From Eledone cirrhosa (lineage: Eukaryota): a stretch of 64,000 nt of DNA. The notes under the pieces were generated by a model. That model worked only from the letters and a program-made list of their open reading frames with translations, was not told where the DNA came from and did not search any database. Below, piece by piece: positions 54,201-64,000 of this stretch. How positions within the stretch are numbered: the first letter of the stretch is position 1; each line of letters begins with the position of its first letter. Where the stretch lies: positions 403,806,001 to 403,870,000 of the forward strand of contig OZ024741.1 in NCBI GenBank assembly GCA_964016885.1, given 5' to 3'. A program made the position numbers and the translations under genes.

Positions 54201-57200
54201 TGGTTGATTAGTTAGAGTGATAGTTCCTAGTGTCTCTGTGATATAGTTGATTAGTTAGAGTGATAGATCCTAGTGTCTCTGTGATATAGTTGATTAGTTA
54301 GAGTGATAGATCCTAGTGTCACTGTGATATAGCCGATTAGTCAGAGTGATAGATCCTAGTGTCTCTGTGATATAGTTGATTAGTTAGAGTGATAGATCCT
54401 AGTGTCTCTGTGATATAGCTGATTAGTTAGAGTGATAGTTCCTAGTGTCTCTGTGATATAGTTGATTAGTTAGAGTGATAGATCCTAGTGTCACTGTGAT
54501 ATAGTTGATTAGTTAGAGTGATAGATCCTAGTGTCTCTCTGATATAGCTGATTAGTTAGAGTGATACATCCTAATGTCTCTGTGAGATAGCTGATTAGTT
54601 AGAGTTATAGATCCTAGTGTCTCTGTGATATAGCTGATTAGTTAGAGTGATAGATCCTAGTGTCTATGTGATATGGTTGATTAGTTAGTGTGATAGATCC
54701 TAGTGTCTCTGTGATATAGCTGATTAGTTAGAGTGATATATCCTAGTGTCTCTGTGATATAGTTGATTAGTTAGAGTGATAGATCCAAGTGTCTCTGTGA
54801 TATAGCTGATTAGTTAGAGTGATAGATCCTAGTGTCTCTGTGATATAGCTGATTAGTTAGAGTGATAGATCCTAGTGTCTCTGTGATATAGTTGATTAGT
54901 TAGAGTGATAGATCCTAGTGTCTCTGTGATATAGCTGATTAGTTAGAGGGATAGATCCTAGTGTCTCTGTGATATAGCTGATTAGTTAGAGTGATAGATC
55001 CTAGTGTCTCTGTTATATAGCTGAGTAGTTAGAGTGATAGATCCTAGTGTCTCTGTTATATAGCTGATTAGTTAGAGTGATAGATCCTAGTGTCTCTGTG
55101 ATATAGCTGATTATTTAGTGTGATAGATCCTAGTGTCTCTGTTATATAGCTGATTAGTTAGAGTGATAGATCCTAGTGTCTCTGTGATATAGCTGATTAG
55201 TTAGATTGATAGATGCTAGTGTCTCTGTTATATAGCTGATTAGTTAGAGTGATAGATCCTAGTGTCTCTGTGATATAGTTGATTAGTTAGAGTGATAGAT
55301 CCTAATGTTTCTGTTATATTCTTGATTAGTTAGAGTGATAGATCCTAGTGTCTCTGTGACATAGTTGAATAGTTAGAGTGACAGATCCTAGTGTCTCTGT
55401 GATATAGTTGATTAGTTAGAGTGATAGATCCTAGTGTCTCTGTGATATAGTTGATTAGTTAGAGTGATAGATCCTAGTGTCTCTGTGATATAGTTGATTA
55501 GTTAGAGTGATAGATCCTAGTGTCTCTGTGATATAGGTGATTAGTTAGAGTGATAGATCCTAGTGTCTCTGTGATATGGTTGATTAGTTAGAGTGATAGA
55601 TCCTAGTGTCTCTGTGATATAGTTGATTAGTTAGAGTGATAGATCCTAGTGTCTCTGTGATATAGTTGATTAGTTAGCGTGATAGTTTCTAGTGTCTCTG
55701 TGATATAGTTCATTAGTTAGTGTGATAGATCCTAGTGTCTCTGTGATATAGCCGATTAGTCAGAGTGATAGAACCTAGTGTCTCTGTTATATAGGTGATT
55801 AGTTAGAGTGATAGATCCTAGTGTCTCTGTGATATAGTTAATTAGATAGAGTGATAGATCCTAGTGTTTCTGTGATATAGCTGATTAGTTAGAGTGATAG
55901 ATCCTTGTCTCTCTGTGTTATAGTTGATTAGTTAGAGTGATAGATCCTAGTGTCTCTGTGATATAGTTGATTAGTTAGAGTGATATATCCAAGTGTCTCT
56001 GTGATATAGTTGATTAGTTAGAGTGATAGATCCTAGTGTCTCTGTGATATAGCTGATTAGTTAGAGTGATAGATCCTAGTGTCTCTGTGATATAGCTGAT
56101 TAGTTAGAGTGATAGATCCTAGTGTCTCTGTGATATAGCTGATTAGTTAGAGTGATAGATCCTAGTGTCTCTGTTATATAGCTGAGTAGTTAGAGTGATA
56201 GATCCTAGTGTCTCTGTTATATAGCTGATTAGTTAGAGTGATAGATCCTAGTGTCTCTGTGATATAGCTGATTATTTAGTGTGATAGATCCTAGTGTCTC
56301 TGTTATATAGCTGATTAGTTAGAGTGATAGATCCTAGTGTCTCTGTGATATAGCTGATTAGTTAGATTGATAGATCCTAGTGTCTCTGTTATATAGCTGA
56401 TTAGTTAGAGTGATAGATCCTAGTGTCTCTGTGATATAGTTGATTAGTTAGAGTGATAGATCCTAATGTTTCTGTTATATACTTGATTAGTTAGAGTGAT
56501 AGATCCTAGTGTCTCTGTGATATAGTTGATTAGTTAGAGTGATAGATCCTAGTGTCTCTGTTATATAGCTGATTAGTTAGAGTGATAGATCCTAGTGTCT
56601 CTGTTATATAGCTGATTAGTTAGAGTGATAGATCCTAGTGTCTCTGTTATATAGCTGATTAGTTGGAGTGATAGATCCTAGTGTCTCTCTCATATGGTTG
56701 ATTAGTTCGAGTGATAGATCCTAGTGTCTCTGTGATATAGTTGATTAGTTAGAGTGATAGATCCTAGTGTCACTGTGATATAGCCGATTAGTCAGAGTGA
56801 TAGATCCTAGTGTCTCTGTGATAAGGTTGATTAGTTAGAGTGATAGATTCTAGTGTCTCTGTGATATAGTTGATTAGTTAGAGTGATAGATCCTAGTGTC
56901 TCTGTGATATAGTTGATTAGTTAGAGTGATAGTACCTAGTGTCACTGTGATATAGCCGATTAGTCAGAGTGATAGATCCTAGTGTCTCTGTGATATAGTT
57001 GATTAGTTAGAGTGATAGATCCTAGTGTCTCTGTGATATAGTTGATTAGTTAGTGTGATAGTTCCTAGTGTCTCTGTGATATAGTTCAATATTTAGTGTG
57101 ATAGATCCTAGTGTCTCTGTGATATAGTTGATTAGTTAGAGTGATAGATCCTAGTGTCTCTGTGATATTGTTGATTAGTTAGAGTGATAGATCTTAGTGT

Positions 57201-59976
57201 CTCTGAGATATAGTTGATTAGTTAGAGTGATAGATCCTAGTGTCTCTGTGATATAGCCGATTAGTCAGAGTGATAGAACCTAGTGTCTCTGTGATATAGT
57301 TGATTAGTTAGAGTGATAGATCCTAGTGTCTCTGTGATATAGTTGATTAGTTAGAGTGATAGATCCAAGTGTCTCTGTGATATAGTTGATTAGTTAGAGT
57401 GATAGATCCTAGTGTCTCTGTGATATAGCTGATTAGTTAGAGTGATAGATCCTAGTGTCTCTGTGATATAGCTGATTAGTTAGAGTGATAGATCCTAGTG
57501 TCTCTGTGATATAGCTGATTAGTTAGAGTGATAGATCCTAGTGTCTCTGTTATATAGCTGAGTAGTTAGAGTGATAGTTCCTAGTGTCTCTGTTATATAG
57601 CTGATTAGTTAGAGTGATAGATCCTAGTGTCTCTGTGATATAGTTCAATATTTAGTGTGATAGATCCTAGTGTCTCTGTGATATAGTTGATTAGTTAGAG
57701 TGATAGATCCTAGTGTCTCTGTGATATTGTTGATTAGTTAGAGTGATAGATCTTAGTGTCTCTGTTATATAGCTGATTAGTTAGAGTGATAGATCCTAGT
57801 GTCTCTGTGATATAGTTCAATATTTAGTGTGATAGATCCTAGTGTCTCTGTGATATAGTTGATTAGTTAGAGTGATAGATCCTAGTGTCTCTGTGATATT
57901 GTTGATTAGTTAGAGTGATAGATCTTAGTGTCTCTGAGATATAGTTGATTAGTTAGAGTGATAGATCCTAGTGTCTCTGTGATATGGTTGATTAGTTGCA
58001 GTGATAGATCCTAGTGTCTCTGTTATATAGCTGATTAGTTAGAGAGATAGATCCTAGTGTCTCTGTGATATAGCTGATTAGTTAGAGTGATAGATCCTAG
58101 TGTCTCTGTGATATGGTTGATTAGTTGGAGTGATAGATCCTTGTGTCTCTGTTATATAGCTGATTAGTTAGAGTGATAGATCCTAGTGTCACTGTGATAT
58201 AGTTGATTAGTTAGAGTGATAGATCCTAGTGTCTCTGTGATATAGTTGATTAGTTAGAGTGATAGATCCTAGTGTCTCTGTGATATAGTTGATTAGTTAG
58301 AGTGATAGATCCTAGTGTCTCTGTAATATGGTTGATTAGTTAGAGTGATAGATGCTAGTGTCACTGTGATATAGCCAATTAGTCAGAGTGATAGATCCTA
58401 GTGTCTCTGTTATATAGTTGATTAGTTAGAGTGATAGATCCTAGTGTCTCTGTGATATAGTTGATTAGTTAGAGTGATAGATCCTAGTGTCTCTGTTATA
58501 TAGCTGATTAGTTAGAGTGATAGATACTAGTGTCTCTGTTATATAGCGGATTAGTTAGAGTGATAGATCCTAGTGTCTCTGTGATATAGCTGATTAGTTA
58601 GAGTGATAGATCCTAGTGTCTCTGTTATATAGCTGATTAGTTAGAGTGATAGATCCTAGTGTCTCTGTTATATAGCTGATTAGTTAGAGTGATAGATCCT
58701 AGTGTCTCTGTCATATGGTTGATTAGTTAGAGTGATAGATCCTAGTGTCTCTGTGATATGGTTGATTAGTTAGAGTGATAGTTCCTAGTGTCTCTGTGAT
58801 ATAGTTGATTAGTTAGAGTGATAGATCCTAGTGTCTCTGTGATATAGTTGATTAGTTAGAGTGATAGATCCTAGTGTCACTGTGATATAGCCGATTAGTC
58901 AGAGTGATAGATCCTAGTGTCTCTGTGATATAGTTGATTAGTTAGAGTGATAGATCCTAGTGTCTCTGTGATATAGCTGATTAGTTAGAGTGATAGTTCC
59001 TAGTGTCTCTGTGATATAGTTGATTAGTTAGAGTGATAGATCCTAGTGTCACTGTGATATAGTTGATTAGTTAGAGTGATAGATCCTAGTGTCTCTCTGA
59101 TATAGCTGATTAGTTAGAGTGATACATCCTAATGTCTCTGTGAGATAGCTGATTAGTTAGAGTTATAGATCCTAGTGTCTCTGTGATATAGCTGATTAGT
59201 TAGAGTGATAGATCCTAATGTCTATGTGATATGGTTGATTAGTTAGTGTGATAGATCCTAGTGTCTCTGTGATATAGCTGATTAGTTAGAGTGATAGATC
59301 CTAATGTCTCTGTGATATAGCTGATTAGTTAGAGTGATAGATCCTAATGTCTCTGTGATATAGTTGATTAGTTAGAGTGATAGATCCTTGTGTCTCTGTG
59401 ATATAGTTGAATAGTTAGAGTGATAGATCCTAGTGTCTCTGTGATATAGCTGATTAGTTAGAGTGATAGATCCTAATGTCTCTGTGATATAGCTGATTAG
59501 TTAGAGTGATAGATCCTAGTGTCTCTGTGATATGGTTGATTAGTTAGAGTGATAGATCCTTGTGTCTCTGTGATATAGTTGATTAGTTAGAGTGATAGAT
59601 CCTAGTGTCTCTGTGATATAGTTAATTAGTTAGAGTGATAGATCCTTGTGTCTCTGTAATATAGTTGATTAGTTAGAGTGGTAGATCCTAGTGTCTCTGT
59701 GATATAGTTGATTAGTTAGAGTGATAGATCCTTGTGTCTCTGTGACATAGTTGAATAGTTAGTGTGATAGATCCTAGTTTCTCTGTGATATAGTTGATTA
59801 GTTAGAGTGATAGATCCTAGTGTCTCTGTGATATAGTTGATTAGTTAGAGTGATAGATCCTAATGTATAGGTGATATAGTTGATTAGTTAGAGTGATAGA
59901 TCCTAGTGTCTCTGTGATATGGTTGATTAGTTAGAGTGATAGATCCTAGTGTCTCTGTGATATAGTTGATTAGTTA
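48292..59976. repeat. 43-bp satellite B, right block, with a 4558-bp (106-monomer) higher-order repeat
   Basis: Rare variants recur at exact 4558-bp spacing: AG-CGG-ATTAG at 49431/53989/58547, CTCATATGG at 52131/56689, TTCTTG at 50761/55319. The array ends at ...GATTAGTTA, 59976. Confidence 0.98.
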
Positions 59977-60044
59977 TCAAAGAAAAAATGTTATTTATAA
60001 ATTCAAACCCAAGCTAAATGAACAATAATAATGCTTAGGGGTAT

Positions 60045-60120
60045 TACTTCTACTATGACTATGACTACGACCATGTCTACTACGACCACTAATAATAACA
60101 ACAATAATAATAATAATAAT
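60045..60120. repeat. Degenerate trinucleotide simple repeat (ACT/ATG/ACG, then AAT/AAC)
   Basis: TACTATGACTATGACTACGACC...AATAATAACAACAATAATAATAAT seen directly. Confidence 0.85.
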
Positions 60121-60564
60121 AAAAGTGACGTTGATGGTGATGATTACTAGAAAATGCTATTTTCATCATTTCTAAAAATAGAAAAACAATTGCTATTTTG
60201 GATAGGATCAATTAGTGGTCGTTAGACATGCTCAACCAACCGTGATGCCTAAACCAATCAGCTTTAGTAATTCAGTGAAACTACACACCGATTGGTCGAA
60301 ATACAGTTTGCCAGATTTAGCATTCTGGAGCCACTTTTCACTGTATATAAGGTACACAATTTACCCATCTCATTACAGTAGAAAATTGCAAACTTGACTG
60401 TCACCACACATTATGAACCTGAAGATTGCGAAAGCATGAAAGTACTTGTTCAATTAACACTTAACATTTAATATTCTCTCATACCATTTCATTATAATAC
60501 CATTATAAATTTTAAAGGATTGTAAATAAAACGAGTAAATCAGACAAAGTTGGAATTCCTCTTA

Positions 60565-60567
<3 letters not shown>

Positions 60568-60609
<42 letters not shown>
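60568..60609. repeat. (AT)n microsatellite
   Basis: About 21 perfect AT units. Confidence 0.95.
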
Positions 60610-60611
<2 letters not shown>

Positions 60612-60621
60612 GGGGATGTTT

Positions 60622-62141
60622 ACTTTGATAACTTTGATAGGTTTCGGACAGTATTGGCACAGGCCATGTCTAACTTAATAGCATCACCTGGCGAAGTCTT
60701 ACAAATCAGTGTTTGGGCACCATGGCCCACTTGAGCAGAGAGTTATTGTTTACGGAGGCATATCCAGGTGTAGGAGGCTTATCCAGGATTTCTTGAAGGA
60801 ATTTATCCAAAGACTTCTCGAACTTGATGGGGCCTTTTTCTGCTTTGATGTGTTTTGGTTTAATGTTAAAGAGAGCAGGGCCAATTGAGGTGAAATAATT
60901 GTGCCGTATTCTTGTTATGAGATGCGAGTGAGATTTTTGTCGTGGGCGGATAGCACGGGGCTCAAGCCTTGGGTGTACATTAAAGGTGATGCCAACATCA
61001 TTTGGGAAAAGCTGATGGAATATTTTCCACATCATACAGATAATGTAGCGCTCACGGCAACGTTGGAGAGAATAAAGGTTGAGCTTTTCTAATCGACCCC
61101 AATAGTCAAGGCCTGTCATGCCAACTATCTTTTTTGTAATTGACCTTTGGGGTGCTTCAACTTTCATGATACTTTGTTTCGTATGGGGTGACCACAGTGG
61201 ACAACAGTATTCAAGGTGGGGTCGGGCAAAAGTAGAGAAGAGAAGGATAATAGTGTGGATATTTCTCGACTGGAAAGTTCTGAGAATCCAGGAACACATT
61301 CTGTGGGCCATATCAACTTTGTTGTTTATATGAGTGGCCCAACTTATGTTGTTGTCCGCAATTACCCCCAGGTCTCTGACGTTATTGGATGCCACCCGAA
61401 GGAAGAGAGTATGGTAGTTTTAGGGCATCCTTTTTTCCAAAGTGGATTAATTCAAACTTATCCTCATTCAACAGCATATTATTCTTTTCTGCCCATTGGA
61501 TAGCAACCAGTAGGTCTGACTGAAGGCAAGTCCGGTCACCCACCTCATTGATGACCCTTTGGAGCTTGGAATCATCTGCGAATATTCTTACGTTGCTGTG
61601 CTTGATGATGTCAGTAAGGTCATTAATGTAGATGATGAAAAGAAGTGGGCCCAACAGAGTGCCATGTGGGACACCACTACTGACTTTGGTAGGGCTTGAT
61701 TTTACTCCTTCGACTACAACATGTTGGGTTCTGTCTGTCAGGAAACATTTGATCCACTGTAGTAACTTTCCAGAGACAGCAATATTGGATAGTTTTTTCA
61801 GTAGAATCTTATGATCAACCCTGTCAAAGGCCTTGCTGAAATCAAGGTAGATGACATCAGTTTTGGAGCCCTCTCCCAAGGCTCTCAAAACATCGTCAAA
61901 GTGATGCAGGAGCTGTGTTAGGCACTCCCTTCCATTACGGAACCCATGTTAGTTGTAGTTCAGCAGGCCGTTGCTTTCAAGAAAGTGGGTTATTCGTGAT
62001 CTCACCACACTCTCAAATAACTTGATATTATGAGAGGTGAGTGAGATCGGACGGTAGTTCACTGCAAGGGACTAATTTCCCTTTTTGAAGACTGGGGCAA
62101 CGGACTGGGACAGAAAGTTTTCAGGAATATAGCTAGTATCC
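60622..62141 (-). mobile_element. Decayed, 5'-truncated CR1-type LINE (RT domain + 3' UTR)
   Basis: Minus-strand translation gives PVFKKGN*...NYRPISLTS...N*HGFR...DVIYLDFSKAFDRVDH...SGVPHGTLLGP...FADD...RDLGV...RPHLEYCCPLWSP. There are in-frame stops at 62072-62074 and 61949-61951 and a frameshift near 61390. It ends in a (TATCAAAGT)2 tail at 60622-60639. Confidence 0.9.
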
Positions 62142-62731
62142 TTTTTAAGACTTTTGAGGAGAAGAAATAATGGGATCAACACCAGAGTTAAGTCCTGTTT
62201 TTTTTTTGTTTCTTGGTTGTTTTTTTTGTACTCATTTTTTTTTCAGAAATAACATTTTTTTTTTTTAAAGTTTTCTCTTTTTTTTTTCGAGTGTTGTGTG
62301 AAAGGAAGAAGAATTAAGAAAGAAAGAAAAAATGTTAAAGACAAATAAAGTTTTTTTTCAAGTGTCACATGAAGAGTTTAGGGGGGAGAAGGAGGAGGGT
62401 GGTGCCATCACCAGTGGGAAGGGGGAGGAGGGGAGAAGAGAGAGGGTGTTTAGAGACAGCAGAGTACTGCCCACCCCCCCAAAAACAGTCAAGTTCACCT
62501 TTTTAGTTTTATCAACACTGGAGGGTGTGTTTTATTTTATTATTGTTGTTGTTGTGAGGATATAATTTAAAAAATAAAATAAAAATCCCAGGAAGATTAA
62601 AAAAATAATTAAAATACAGGGAGGGGGGGAGGGGAGAAATGATCTAAAAAAACAATTATTTTCCCACCCACCCATAACCCCATTCCCACCCCCAACCATC
62701 AAAGGAAAATAATTTCTTCTTTCTGCTTTAG

Positions 62732-62819
62732 ATTTTGTCCTGTTTGGTCAAATCTTCCTGTCTGCAGTCATATCCCCAAACCAGTGGTCACAAATAGAAT
62801 TATTTCACATAGAGGGAAG
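62732..62819 (+). other. Candidate isolated 88-bp exon (unverified)
   Basis: Pyrimidine tract TTTCTTCTTTCTGCTTTAG| upstream and AAG|GTAAGG downstream. One frame is open (FVLFGQIFLSAVISPNQWSQIELFHIEG) but no homology was recognised. Confidence 0.2.
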
Positions 62820-62978
62820 GTAAGGAAAAGGATGGGGATATGGGGATAAGGGTCTTTTTGCTAATTTTCTTTTATAAAAATTTCCTGTTTTCTGTAGCTT
62901 AGAGTTGATGAAATATTTTGCATTATAGTGAATATTTTAGGTTTTTTTTAAACTCTTCTATATTATTATTCTTTTTTA

Positions 62979-63166
62979 GGCGGTGGATTGGCAGTATCGG
63001 TAGAGAGTCAGACGCCATGCTTTGATGCAAAGAGTTACGGCCCTTTCCATTCTGAGTTCAAATCCCGCCGAGGTTAACTTTGCCTTTCATCCTTACGGGG
63101 GTCGATAAAATAAAGTACCAGTAATACACTGGGATAATTGCTGGCCTTGTGCCAAAAGTAGAAACA
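62979..63166 (+). mobile_element. tRNA-derived SINE with Pol III A/B boxes, a Nin-like central domain and a 16-bp TSD
   Basis: A box TGGCAGTATCGG (62989-63000) and B box GAGTTCAAATCCC (63054-63066). The core GCCTTTCATCCTTACGGGGGTCGATAAAATAAAGTACCAG resembles, from recall, the Nin domain of mollusc SINEs. ATTATTATTCTTTTTT flanks both sides (62962-62977 and 63167-63182). Confidence 0.85.
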
Positions 63167-63339
63167 ATTATTATTCTTTTTTTAAAGGGGGGAGGACAAA
63201 TCCTTGGATTAAACAAGGCACTTATCAGCTATATTTCAATTTCACAGCAAAGTGGAAAACCTTTTTTTTCTTTTTTCAGTGGATAAGCAAACAAATAAGG
63301 ACTGGTCTGTTGTATGAAAAATGGTGGTGTTGGGATGTG

Positions 63340-63382
63340 TATATATATATATATATATAAATATATGCATATATATATATAT
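63340..63382. repeat. Interrupted (TA)n microsatellite
   Basis: TATATATATATATATATATAAATATATGCATATATATATATAT. Confidence 0.9.
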
Positions 63383-63990
63383 GTCAGGTCACCAGTTGGT
63401 GCTACTGGTAACATGTATCCCAGTACAACCTGTCTCATGGTCGGGTCGTTGGCGACTAAACTGGCAACCCCACCAAGGTTTCTTGGTGAAGAGGGTGACT
63501 TTGGACATCCTTCAGGACTAAAAACAAAACCTGTCAAAGGGCAAAGGAGCTCTTAAGAGTCAATGGCCATCCAAAATCACCGGGAGAGATGACCCCTTAG
63601 CCTTTGTCAAGGCAGAATTCTAGGAGAAGGAAAGCCCTGATATAACACCTGCAAGCCTGATGGTATCCAATGATGTTGACTTGTTCTTCTTTTTGGTAAA
63701 TATCATCTTGGTTAAGAGAGTGGGACTGGCTTTGTGCAGTGCCTTTGCTCACTATAAAAGCTTCACGGCACAGGCATTGCTTTATATTTGGAGATCTCTC
63801 TGCACTTGTCGTCACATGGTACCATGGGCCCAGCACTATGTGTCAATAATTGTCACAAGTGTAGTGTTTGTACCAGAGTTTTCAAGTCGCTGGCTGGACT
63901 AAAACGTCACACTCGTTCAGCGCATTGGTGAGGGTTCTCCTACATGGATATAAAGTAGTGGCCGTACTCGAAAACGAGTTGGCAGCCATC
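63383..63990 (+). mobile_element. Short non-autonomous LINE (probably RTE)-derived element ending in a C2H2 zinc-finger remnant
   Basis: GC-richer segment inside a TA tract, with ATATATGCAT at both 63361-63370 and 63991-64000 (candidate TSD). 63854-63931 reads HKCSVCTRVFKSLAGLKRHTRSAHW*. The 5' part is hairpin-rich and a CTCG-AAAA-CGAG hairpin lies near the 3' end. Confidence 0.6.
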
Positions 63991-64000
63991 ATATATGCAT

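Noticed and set aside
38301-59976. 43-bp repeats as a CRISPR array
   Set aside because: Head-to-tail monomers with no unique spacers, no cas genes, and a eukaryotic context.
38301-59976. TTAG-rich monomer as telomeric repeat
   Set aside because: GATTAGTTAGAG only loosely resembles TTAGGG/TTAGG, there are no tandem canonical units, and unique sequence follows the array.
62979-63070. tRNA gene
   Set aside because: A and B boxes are present, but there is no cloverleaf and it continues into a SINE core, tail and TSD.
60215-63902. Short ORFs (60215-60397, plus-strand ORFs over the CR1, 62332-62565, and those in 63229-63902)
   Set aside because: They are antisense to the CR1 or run through low-complexity or microsatellite sequence, with no recognisable protein features.

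Overview
Eukaryotic, repeat-dominated window with no recognisable host gene. The SINE/LINE types suggest an invertebrate, probably a cephalopod/octopus (inference from recall, not a database hit). Layout: (1) 1-34638, a nearly homogeneous complex satellite 'A' of about 62 monomers, each ~505 or ~603 bp depending on whether it holds 2 or 3 internal 98-bp subrepeats. (2) ~34639-38300, an intact RTE-clade non-LTR retrotransposon (APE endonuclease + RT with a PHD-type C4HC3 finger inserted in the RT, (GAT)6 tail) lying exactly at the border of two satellites. (3) 38301-59976, a 43-bp satellite 'B' with a 4558-bp (106-mer) higher-order repeat, interrupted at 45133-48291 by a 5'-truncated, nearly identical second RTE copy that carries the same ~620-bp satellite 3' flank as copy 1. 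(4) 59977-64000, microsatellites, a decayed CR1-type LINE, a tRNA-derived SINE with a TSD, and a ~610-bp non-autonomous LINE derivative ending in a C2H2 finger. The most interesting signals are the coupling between the RTE and both satellites (co-mobilised flank, a reconstructable empty site, an ancestral-looking terminal monomer) and similar ~4.4-4.6 kb higher-order periods in two unrelated satellites. All comparisons were made by eye.
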